Shown here in pieces: positions 50,963 through 59,595 of a DNA stretch of 59,595 bases. Under the pieces are notes generated by a model that did not search any database, was not told the origin of the DNA, and saw nothing but the letters and a program-made list of their open reading frames with translations. How positions within the stretch are numbered: position 1 is the stretch's first letter; each line of letters begins with the position of its first letter. The position numbers and the translations under genes are program-made. The DNA is from a virus (Duplodnaviria > Caudoviricetes): positions 1 through 59,595 of IMG/VR virus record IMGVR_UViG_3300009183_000106, one strand, 5' to 3'.

Positions 50963-51286
50963 ATGAATTTACAATATTATAATAGATATAATGAGTTTTT
51001 AATAAATGGACAACAAACAGTTGTACCATATATAAATTTACCTGCAAAAACAACTGATAAAAATTTCATATACAAAGTCGGACAATCAAGGTTGGATAAG
51101 GTATCGTTTCAATTTTATAGTACACCTTATTTTGGGTGGTTAGTACAAATGGCAAATCCACAGTATAGTGGGTTAGAATCAAACATACCCGATGGGGCAA
51201 TTTTAACAATACCATTCCCCCTTGTTAAATCATTACAGGATTATAAAAATGAATTAGATAATTATTTCTTCTATTATGGTAGATAA
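50963..51286 (+). CDS. Baseplate wedge LysM/gp53-like protein
   Basis: RLDKVSFQFY....GWLVQMANP...IPDGAILTIP. Confidence 0.75.
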   Translation: MNLQYYNRYNEFLINGQQTVVPYINLPAKTTDKNFIYKVGQSRLDKVSFQFYSTPYFGWLVQMANPQYSGLESNIPDGAILTIPFPLVKSLQDYKNELDNYFFYYGR

Positions 51287-54200
51287 AGGTGAAAACATAT
51301 TGGTGGAATTTGATTATGACAACATTACCTTAATAGACCCAAACAAAATTGTTGATAGCGAAGGTAAGGTTAGTGACAGATTAGTTAAACATGAGAACCT
51401 TGTGTTCTATGCTAATCTTGAGTGTAGTGTATTACCAAGAACTAAATTAGCGTTAGGATCGGCATTAAATGATTCAGTTAGAACTGTTTCCGTAGGTAAG
51501 ATTAATTTCTTAAATCCTGGAAACAAAACGTTTATGGATAACCGATATACCGATGAGATTACAGGTAAAGGATCTGTTCAGGGACAAGGCGTAAACCAAC
51601 CAAAATTAAATGCGGTTCAAAACCCAAACAAATCAGACGACTTCTATCTTACTCAGAGTATGTACTCAAATGGTACACCTGGAGCGGTGGATAATGGTTT
51701 ATTAGGTATAACTGATATACAGGTTGCGATTGACACAAGTTTCTTACCTACCGTAACTGTTCAATTAACAGATATTAAAGGAAGAGCATTATTTGAAGGG
51801 GGGAACAATTCGCCTTATTCTGCGTTTTTCCAATTACCATACCCAATGTTTTATTTAACATTAAAAGGGTATTATGGTAAGGCAGTTAGATTACCATTAA
51901 TGTTACAATCATTTACATCAACCTTTGATAATACATCAGGAAACTTTAAAATTACATTGAAATTTTTTGGTTATAAGTATACTGTGATGTCTTACGTGAA
52001 TTGGGGAGCTATGATGGCAGTACCACATATGTACAATAATTTTGTTTCAACCACACAGGTAAGTACAAACACCACCACAGGGTCTAATCTTGATGCGGTA
52101 TCACAAAAACCTGTTAGTAGAGGTTATCAAAAAATGAAAGAATTATACTCCGAGTATAAATCAAAAGGATTAATTGATGACGATTTTCCTGAGATAACAG
52201 TAACGCAATTGAAGGCTCGTCTAGATAGATTTATTAAAAACATATTAGAAAAATTTACCAAAGAAAATTTGGGATCAATAACAGAATTAGATAATTTTCA
52301 AACTCAGTTAACTGAATTTCAGAAAAAAGTATTTTTTTATGGTGATTCATGGTTTGAAACATACATGGATAAAACAACTTCATATAGTTTAAAAGACACT
52401 AAAGAAGTTGTTTATACATATAAAAAAGAATATTCAGATCTTAACAAACAAGCTGAGGCGGAAACTAAATTGGCGGGTATTTTTACTGAATACCAAAAAT
52501 TATTTGAAAGTAATAGTGTTGCAGGAAAAAATGGTAGTTATACCGCTGGAGGTAAAACCACAAAAAGTGAGGTACCTATTAATGCCACTGTTGAAAAATG
52601 TTATGCAAAAATTAACCCACTTACGGATATTGATTTTGCAAAAACATATGAGGAAAGAACAGGCAAACCCGCAAAGACACAAACTGAATTAGATACGTTC
52701 ATTACTGTTAACTCAATTGTACCAGGAACTAAGTTCTTTGTGTTTGAAGGTACGGATCACTTTATTGATATAACAGAAAAGGCGGCTAAAGAATCATCAA
52801 CACTTAGACGACAAATTGAAGAAAAAATAACTGAAAATCTTAACGAACAATTAAGTAATAAAGACACTGGGGTAGGGTTTAAACCATCTATTAGAAACGT
52901 ATTGGCAGTTTTCTTTGCACAAGGTGAGGCATTTATTCGTTTAATGGATGATGTACATTCTAAGTCTTGGGATTTAAGAGAAAATAAATACAGACGACAA
53001 GCAATCTTTGGAAGTAATAGTACCGCAATGAGTGTGGACGTTAAATCCTCAACTCAAAATAATGAACCAATATATCCTTGGCCTCAGGTTATAAAAGAAA
53101 CTTTAGGTGACGATAAACAAGAGAAATTTGAAATTGTTTATCCTGGTGATAAATCTATTGCAACAATGACAAAGGCGTATATTCCTGAAATATGGCCTGA
53201 GGTTGAATTTGTTGAGGAATTTATTAAAGGTTATACTGATAGGGTACCTAAAAAACCTGATTATGGTGATGAAACTAATGTGGTTACAAGACCAAATAGA
53301 TTAAGTTTAAATGCTCTTGATTTCCCAGTAACAAATGAAGTATTCCAAAACAAAGAAGAGATAAAATTCTTTTATGAAATTTATGAAAGAATTATGATTA
53401 ACACTTATTATTCTAAATTAAATAGACAATCGGGGTATGATGCAAGTATCTTTATGGTTGAGGCTGAAGATGAAAAAATTAACATATTAAAAAGTTTAGG
53501 TAATGATAATCCATTCTTAATTCAAAAGTTAAAACAATACTTAATTGATCAAAACAATTTCTTAACATTTTTAAGACACATTTCAAATCAAGGGGAGGGA
53601 GAAAGTTGGCAAAAATTTATAAGAGGAGAATTTACAATAAATTACCTTAAGAATAAAACAAATGTACCATTTGAATTATTTAACCAAGAAATATTAACAA
53701 ATGAAAGATCCCAGCCAAATGTATCATTAACAGATGAATCAAAAATAATTGATTACATTGGGAATCAAACATCGAATAATGAGTTTGATTTTTCTGATAT
53801 GTACCCTATCACCAATCTAAATTGGTGTAATACTTATCTTGCGGATGGTAAATCAATTGAAAACGTTAATTTGGCGTATAATACTAAAGATGTATTATCA
53901 TATAATACTACACATAAAACAATTTGTAATTTTAATAACGACGACACTAACGAAAAGAAAAGACCTATAACAAACTTTAATTATAAATCGGATGTTTTTA
54001 GTCAAAATATTGATGATACCACCACTATTAATTTCAAAACATTCTATAATAATAGAAAAATTGAAGAACAGTTTACGACTGAAGGGAATTTAAATTATTT
54101 TAATTATGACGGGTATTTAACCGAGACTCAGACAACTTCAATCTTGAATACACCTTATTTTATAAATGCAATTCAAAATGGGGTATACAATTTTAGGTAT

Positions 54201-57200
54201 AAACCAAATGATTTATCATCATACAAACAAGCGGCTTATCTATTCTTGAATAGTTTACCGTTAGCAAGTCTTAGAGAAAAATATAGATCGTATAATGAAC
54301 CTAATGATTTAAGTTACATCTTATCAACCATTAAAAAATTCGGAGCGGTACATAAATTACCATACGCTTGGGTCGTTAAATACGGATCAATTTGGCATAG
54401 ATATAAAACTTGGAATGATACGGGGGTTGATATGTTAGATGAGGTTTGGAAAGACTTTGATTATTTGAGTAATTATGATCCTGTAACATCGGCATCAACA
54501 AAAGTTTATTCTTTAAATATTGAAGGATTCCAAAACAACATTGTTTTAGAAGATACGGTATCTGCAACACCAAGTTTAATTACATATAACTCAACAACTA
54601 TGAATACAGGGTTTTTCCCTAAGTTGTATGATGATATGAATGTATTCTTACAAGGGTTACAATTATTTTCGGAAGCAACACAATTGAACGGTACTTGTAG
54701 TATTGTTGGAACAACGTTAGATGTATATACCATAAATGATAACAACTTGGGCGCAGGTCAGGTAATTGCAGGACCTAATGTTGAAGTAAATACAACTATT
54801 GTGTCTCAAATAAATGGTACAACGGGAGGTATTGGTAAATATGTTGTTGATATATCTCAAAATGTGTCAATATTAAACGGTACTTGTGATATTAATGGAA
54901 CAACAATGGACGTTTTAACGTTTAGTGGTGGTACATTATCTATCGGTCAAATTATTTCAGGACCAACTCTTGCTCTTGGAACTAAAATTGTTAGTCAAGT
55001 AAGCGGTACTACGGGTGGCGTTGGTCAATATAATATTGACATATCCCAAACACTTACGGGTGAAAACTTTAGTGTGGTTACACCAAATAATTTTTATGTT
55101 ACTAATTCGACAACAGGTGGTTATTCACAAACTGAAATACAATCATTAATTAATGATGGTAAAATGGTAATGACAACTAATCAAGACGGTAAGATTATTG
55201 GAACAAGTGGTTTTGACCCTAGTGATAATAATAGATCATTAAAGGTTACTCCTTGGTCAACAATTGTTAAAACTACCGAAGGTGATAAGTATTTTGTAAT
55301 GCCGTCTTTTGGTTATACAAAAAATCAAACAAGTGATGAGTGTTTTAAAAATAACAAAATGAAAGTGGAGGTATCAAGTAATCCTGCGGTGTTTAATGGG
55401 TCCGTTAGATTATTTTGGGGATCACCAAACTATGGTTATTTTGATAATACAAAAATCTCAAAACCAAATCCTGATTCATATTTAAAGGAAATTCTTAACG
55501 ATAAAAAAACACAACAAAACTTCTCATTAAATGGGGATAACACAAAATACGATAAGATATCTGAAATGTTTACAACATTTGATACGGAAATATTAGATTA
55601 CTTTGAACAAGAATTTTTAAACTTTAGTAGATCAATTTATGATTATAAGACGTTAGTACCAAGTGATAAAGATGTTGAAACAGAGTCTGAAAGGTCATAC
55701 AAAAACTTCCAACTATTAATGAGAGAGTTATTAGTTGTTGAGAAACCGTCAACTCTTAATTCTGAGGGGATGATTAAATCTGTTATTGAAAAACAAAAAA
55801 CAACATTTCAGGGAATACTAACTAATTTCTTAGAGTATAATGTTGTATTAAAGATGGGTAACCCATCTATGTTTGACAGAAGAACATTCTTAACATTCTC
55901 TACTAAATTTTTAATTGATCCAGTGTCATATCAAGGATACAATCAAGGAACAACAGGTAGTTTACCATCAAATGGTGGGACTATTACATTGGCACAATCT
56001 AAAACCGCAAACCCTGAAACATGGAAAACTTTAGAGAAGTATGTTGGATTTTCCGAAATACCTGAGTTAGTTTATTCCGATAATGGTTCATATATTACGG
56101 ATTTCTTTATTGACTTGAACGTACAATTTACCGAAAAAAACATTCAAGACTTTGCTCCGTTGATCATGTTATATGCAACGCAGAAACTTAATAATTTTGA
56201 AGTTCCAACAAATAATGTTGGAATACCAAATCCTGTACCTACACCTGTACCAAGTCCTCAAACACCTGGTGATTTATTGACTATTACAACACTTAAAGAC
56301 ACTAAAACAATTTCTGTGTATAAATTTGGACCACAAAAATATGGTGTTTATAAAGACACTAATGGGACAATTTTATACACAGGACTACCTGTGAGTGCAT
56401 CATTGTACCCATTAAATACACCTATTATTAATGCGATTATTATAAGTCAATATACTGCAGGTTTATCATCAACCCCAACTGATCCTCAATACATTGTTAG
56501 TACCGTTAATATAACTTCTTCGCAAGTTACAACAACTACAACTACTCTTCCTATTGTACAAAATTTAGGTAATAATGTCGATGGTATTAAGTTTTATGGT
56601 CTTATGGACGAATACCTTGATAAATCTGAAACTTATCTTAAAAACGTCATTTCAAATCTAATGACAGGTGTAAGAGCAGGGTTACCAAACATTACTATTG
56701 AAGGCGATAAAGGTAATAAGTCACAACTTGAGGGTGAACAAACAAGAGTTGAGATGTGGGAGACATTCAAAGCATTTAATGATACTTGGGTTGCCGGTGG
56801 TGACTTTAAAACAAAAACATTATTTGAAGATGTACTATTATTTGATAGAGCAAGTAGAGATGTTGGACAAAAAGTATATGTGGATATCTTTAAGATTAAG
56901 GATTTAATTGAGGGATCATTATATAAAAACAATATGTTAGACATTATCTCAACAATACTTACAGAAAATAATTTCACTTATTTCCCATTACCGGCTTATG
57001 CTAATTTCTATAATGCACAAGATGCGGAAAAAAATCCTGTACCGAGAAGTGAAGGATCAACTGAGTTCGCCAATTCATTTTGGGGTACGTTCTTAAATGT
57101 AGATTACAGAAACACATCACCTAAGTTCTTGTGTTACTACGCAAACAAACCTAGTCAATATGTGGACATGAAAGATAATGTTGACTATAGATTTAGAGAT

Positions 57201-58418
57201 GATGCGTTTGATCTTAGAAGGGCAAGTGATAATCCATTAGTTGAAAATCAATCTAATAAAAAAAATTGGGATAAATCAAATAAAGTTGTTGGATTTAATA
57301 TAGACATTAGTAATCAAAATCAACAAATATTTAAAAACTTCAGTGTTGGTCAAGACGTTGGTAAACCTACAGCGGAATCTTTGGAGATGTTAAATCAAAT
57401 GGCAAACCAAAGTAGAAACAGAAGTACTGGATCACAAAACGTATCCTTATATAATCTATATAGAAATAGAAGTTACGAATGTTCTGTAGATATGTTGGGT
57501 AATGCACTTATTCAACCGATGATGTATTTTAATGTGAGAAACATACCTATGTTCTCAGGACCATATATGATTACATCGGTAACCCATCAAATTAGTGACG
57601 GTGAATTTAGTACAACTTTTAAAGGTACAAGACAACCTTTTTATAGTTTACCTAAAATTGATAGTTTTATACAATCCTTAAGTTTAAATATAATTTCTAA
57701 ATTACAAGAAGAAGTAAAGGCAAATGAAGAAAAAATAAAATCTTCAAGCGAAAATGTTATTTTCCAAAAAAATAATGTAGTTTCAAATGTAACTGGTACT
57801 GATACAATAACTAAAAATCAAGATTGTTCGGATAAAATTTATAATGGTTATGTTGGATATACACCATTAGATAATCCAACTATGACACAAATTTCATATA
57901 AGGACTTTAGAAAATTACTTGATGATAGGATTGTTGCAAATGGAACCCCTAAAACAACCACTTCAAATGGGGTAACAAAACCTACGGATAATTTTACTAA
58001 TTTATCGGTTTATTTATTTTCATTTATATACTTGGATTCGGCATCATCAAGTGGGATGAAAGCGTATGAAAATAATTATAGTACAATTAATTTAACTGAG
58101 GCTTATGGCGGATCTCAATTTGCGTCGTCGGTGAATAAAAAATATTTTTGTTTATCAAGAGGGACAAATTTGAATATCCCAATAGTTTCATTTGTTTCTA
58201 ATGAAAAATTTATTGACTTTGCAATTTCTAAATTTAAAGATAGGTTGTCTTTAATTAATAATAATGTTCCTTATGAACAAGACATTGTTAAATTATATGT
58301 GACTAAGTATCCTAACGTACAACCTGATAATGTTTATACCGAAATGACCGAACAAGATAAAAATACATTACAGAATAAGGCAAAACAGGCAATAAATTTA
58401 TATAAATCATTAAATTAA
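51276..58418 (+). CDS. Very large baseplate hub-like structural protein
   Basis: 2380 aa; N-terminal GITDIQV...DIKGRALFE, C-terminal RSYECSVDMLGNALIQPMMYF...SGPYMITSVTHQI...F.T.F.G.R. Confidence 0.65.
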   Translation: MVDKGENILVEFDYDNITLIDPNKIVDSEGKVSDRLVKHENLVFYANLECSVLPRTKLALGSALNDSVRTVSVGKINFLNPGNKTFMDNRYTDEITGKGSVQGQGVNQPKLNAVQNPNKSDDFYLTQSMYSNGTPGAVDNGLLGITDIQVAIDTSFLPTVTVQLTDIKGRALFEGGNNSPYSAFFQLPYPMFYLTLKGYYGKAVRLPLMLQSFTSTFDNTSGNFKITLKFFGYKYTVMSYVNWGAMMAVPHMYNNFVSTTQVSTNTTTGSNLDAVSQKPVSRGYQKMKELYSEYKSKGLIDDDFPEITVTQLKARLDRFIKNILEKFTKENLGSITELDNFQTQLTEFQKKVFFYGDSWFETYMDKTTSYSLKDTKEVVYTYKKEYSDLNKQAEAETKLAGIFTEYQKLFESNSVAGKNGSYTAGGKTTKSEVPINATVEKCYAKINPLTDIDFAKTYEERTGKPAKTQTELDTFITVNSIVPGTKFFVFEGTDHFIDITEKAAKESSTLRRQIEEKITENLNEQLSNKDTGVGFKPSIRNVLAVFFAQGEAFIRLMDDVHSKSWDLRENKYRRQAIFGSNSTAMSVDVKSSTQNNEPIYPWPQVIKETLGDDKQEKFEIVYPGDKSIATMTKAYIPEIWPEVEFVEEFIKGYTDRVPKKPDYGDETNVVTRPNRLSLNALDFPVTNEVFQNKEEIKFFYEIYERIMINTYYSKLNRQSGYDASIFMVEAEDEKINILKSLGNDNPFLIQKLKQYLIDQNNFLTFLRHISNQGEGESWQKFIRGEFTINYLKNKTNVPFELFNQEILTNERSQPNVSLTDESKIIDYIGNQTSNNEFDFSDMYPITNLNWCNTYLADGKSIENVNLAYNTKDVLSYNTTHKTICNFNNDDTNEKKRPITNFNYKSDVFSQNIDDTTTINFKTFYNNRKIEEQFTTEGNLNYFNYDGYLTETQTTSILNTPYFINAIQNGVYNFRYKPNDLSSYKQAAYLFLNSLPLASLREKYRSYNEPNDLSYILSTIKKFGAVHKLPYAWVVKYGSIWHRYKTWNDTGVDMLDEVWKDFDYLSNYDPVTSASTKVYSLNIEGFQNNIVLEDTVSATPSLITYNSTTMNTGFFPKLYDDMNVFLQGLQLFSEATQLNGTCSIVGTTLDVYTINDNNLGAGQVIAGPNVEVNTTIVSQINGTTGGIGKYVVDISQNVSILNGTCDINGTTMDVLTFSGGTLSIGQIISGPTLALGTKIVSQVSGTTGGVGQYNIDISQTLTGENFSVVTPNNFYVTNSTTGGYSQTEIQSLINDGKMVMTTNQDGKIIGTSGFDPSDNNRSLKVTPWSTIVKTTEGDKYFVMPSFGYTKNQTSDECFKNNKMKVEVSSNPAVFNGSVRLFWGSPNYGYFDNTKISKPNPDSYLKEILNDKKTQQNFSLNGDNTKYDKISEMFTTFDTEILDYFEQEFLNFSRSIYDYKTLVPSDKDVETESERSYKNFQLLMRELLVVEKPSTLNSEGMIKSVIEKQKTTFQGILTNFLEYNVVLKMGNPSMFDRRTFLTFSTKFLIDPVSYQGYNQGTTGSLPSNGGTITLAQSKTANPETWKTLEKYVGFSEIPELVYSDNGSYITDFFIDLNVQFTEKNIQDFAPLIMLYATQKLNNFEVPTNNVGIPNPVPTPVPSPQTPGDLLTITTLKDTKTISVYKFGPQKYGVYKDTNGTILYTGLPVSASLYPLNTPIINAIIISQYTAGLSSTPTDPQYIVSTVNITSSQVTTTTTTLPIVQNLGNNVDGIKFYGLMDEYLDKSETYLKNVISNLMTGVRAGLPNITIEGDKGNKSQLEGEQTRVEMWETFKAFNDTWVAGGDFKTKTLFEDVLLFDRASRDVGQKVYVDIFKIKDLIEGSLYKNNMLDIISTILTENNFTYFPLPAYANFYNAQDAEKNPVPRSEGSTEFANSFWGTFLNVDYRNTSPKFLCYYANKPSQYVDMKDNVDYRFRDDAFDLRRASDNPLVENQSNKKNWDKSNKVVGFNIDISNQNQQIFKNFSVGQDVGKPTAESLEMLNQMANQSRNRSTGSQNVSLYNLYRNRSYECSVDMLGNALIQPMMYFNVRNIPMFSGPYMITSVTHQISDGEFSTTFKGTRQPFYSLPKIDSFIQSLSLNIISKLQEEVKANEEKIKSSSENVIFQKNNVVSNVTGTDTITKNQDCSDKIYNGYVGYTPLDNPTMTQISYKDFRKLLDDRIVANGTPKTTTSNGVTKPTDNFTNLSVYLFSFIYLDSASSSGMKAYENNYSTINLTEAYGGSQFASSVNKKYFCLSRGTNLNIPIVSFVSNEKFIDFAISKFKDRLSLINNNVPYEQDIVKLYVTKYPNVQPDNVYTEMTEQDKNTLQNKAKQAINLYKSLN

Positions 58419-58456
58419 TTTTATTGAATAACCAGATATTTATAAATAAAACTATT

Positions 58457-58681
58457 ATGAACACAAAATTAATATTAGACAACTACTTGGGTAAAAACAC
58501 AAGAGTGTCAGAGAAAGATAAAGGTAATGGGTACAAAGAAGTTTGTGACCTAGATACGGGGGATTGTTACACACTTAGAATAAAAGACGGATTAATTGAA
58601 CGAGTTGATAATACTATGAATACGTTTAAAAAAATTCAAGTCGAAACTAAAACAGGAATAAAACAATTATTAAACGGATAA
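58457..58681 (+). CDS. Hypothetical protein
   Basis: Likely start MNTK at 58457 after TATTTAT (58437); VCDLDTGDCY motif. Confidence 0.65.
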   Translation: MNTKLILDNYLGKNTRVSEKDKGNGYKEVCDLDTGDCYTLRIKDGLIERVDNTMNTFKKIQVETKTGIKQLLNG

Positions 58682-58683
58682 CC

Positions 58684-59361
58684 ATGGCAATAGATCAAAA
58701 AATATTAAACGAAATAAGTAGATTTAATTCTATTAACAAATACATAATGGAACAAGCCGATCCTTCTTTGGATCCTGCTTTGGCACCACCCGCTGATCCT
58801 GCTTTGGCACCACCCGCTGATCCTGCTTTGGCACCACCTGTCGATCCTGCTTTGGCACCACCCGCTGATCCTAATGCGGTTGTACCACCACCACCGGCAG
58901 CACCTATTGATGTTGCAACCGATCCTGAAGTTGAGGAACTTGGTGATGATGGTGAAGAAGAAGGTAACAAAGAAGAATTAGATGTTACTGATCTTGTTAC
59001 AAGTCAAAAAAATATGGAACAAAAACAAGAAGAATATTTTGATAATTTATTTGCACAATTAAAAACTCTTGAGGAAAAATTAGGTGAAATGGATGGTTTG
59101 GTAACGACCATAAATAACTTAGAGGCTAAGTTTGATAAATTTAGACCTAAAACACCACAAGAAAAATTAGAATTGAGAAGTTTAGATTCAGGACCATTTA
59201 ACCAAAAATTATCAGATTTCTTTGAAGATAAAGAAGATGATATGGTAAAATCAGGTAAAAATGAATATGTTTTAACAACTGACGATGCTAATAATTACTC
59301 TACAAATGATATTGAAACATCATTTAACAATTACGACGACGAAGACACAAATATGATGTAA
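58684..59361 (+). CDS. Acidic Pro/Ala-rich coiled-coil protein, possibly head scaffold / internal protein
   Basis: KILNE...YIMEQ N-terminus, DPALAPPA repeats, coiled coil, TPQEKLELRSLDSGPFNQKL. Confidence 0.6.
   Translation: MAIDQKILNEISRFNSINKYIMEQADPSLDPALAPPADPALAPPADPALAPPVDPALAPPADPNAVVPPPPAAPIDVATDPEVEELGDDGEEEGNKEELDVTDLVTSQKNMEQKQEEYFDNLFAQLKTLEEKLGEMDGLVTTINNLEAKFDKFRPKTPQEKLELRSLDSGPFNQKLSDFFEDKEDDMVKSGKNEYVLTTDDANNYSTNDIETSFNNYDDEDTNMM
58771..58872 (+). repeat. 24-bp tandem repeat x4 (DPALAPPA)
   Basis: gatcctgctttggcaccacccgct repeated almost perfectly. Confidence 0.9.
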
Positions 59362-59366
59362 CACTT

Positions 59367-59404
59367 TTGAAGGGGGACACCAGTGTCTCCCTCAAAATTT
59401 TTTT
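59367..59404 (+). terminator. Probable intrinsic terminator
   Basis: ttgaagggggacac-ca-gtgtctccctcaa followed by a T run. Confidence 0.65.
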
Positions 59405-59414
59405 AAATACCTTA

Positions 59415-59443
59415 TTGACTACCCTACTTATTATAACTATATT
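59415..59443 (+). promoter_or_regulatory. Sigma70-like promoter TTGACT-N17-TATATT
   Basis: -35 at 59415-59420, -10 at 59438-59443, upstream of ATG 59474. Confidence 0.6.
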
Positions 59444-59473
59444 TTCTACGTAAACCTTTAATTAATATATACA

Positions 59474-59595
59474 ATGGCGACAAACAATGTTTTAGATGCA
59501 GTTTTGGCTCAGTATGAGAGTTCAAAACAAAGTGGTTCTTCTTCCACTTCAAAATTCACACAAGAAGAAAGAATGAAAAAGTATTTCGCAGCAAT
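59474..59595 (+). CDS. 3'-truncated ORF, probably a gp32-like single-stranded DNA-binding protein
   Basis: MATNNVLDAVLAQYESSKQ...TQEERMKKYFAA runs off the window; product assigned from recalled N-termini of related phage SSBs, only 40 aa visible. Confidence 0.45.
   Translation, partial: MATNNVLDAVLAQYESSKQSGSSSTSKFTQEERMKKYFAA

Noticed and set aside
1-59595. Eukaryotic giant virus or bacterial chromosome origin suggested by GT60, SET, SNF2, PolB and SOD
   Set aside because: Tail sheath, tube, neck and baseplate genes, overlapping operons and intrinsic terminators indicate a tailed phage.
1-59595. Stop-codon reassignment, tRNA/rRNA genes, introns or inteins
   Set aside because: Core genes are full length in code 11 and end in TAA, TAG or TGA; no RNA gene or intein motif was recognised by eye (no covariance search run).

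Overview
AT-rich, gene-dense 59.6-kb segment of a large (probably jumbo) contractile-tailed bacteriophage read in the standard genetic code. The right half (28-59.6 kb) is core: family-B DNA polymerase, SNF2 helicase, a metallopeptidase-like/SOD fusion, neck proteins, tail sheath, tail tube, a chaperone pair with a candidate +1 frameshift, tape-measure-like and large baseplate proteins, and the start of a probable gp32-like SSB. The left half (1-28 kb) is an accessory surface-decoration region: a fibre-like protein, a 1526-aa mucin-like (Thr-Xaa)n protein directly followed by five glycosyltransferase-type genes headed by a GT60 polypeptide GlcNAc-transferase homologue, a long acidic coiled-coil fibre, a SET-domain methyltransferase and two LRR proteins, one with a fixed scaffold and four hypervariable codons per repeat. 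The best candidate for a new system is phage-encoded mucin-type O-glycosylation of the virion. Other signals: a recurrent TATTTAT promoter-like motif, two matching RHH+HNH cassettes, a candidate pseudoknot in the polymerase leader and two internally deleted gene relics. All family assignments come from motif recognition by eye; no searches were run.
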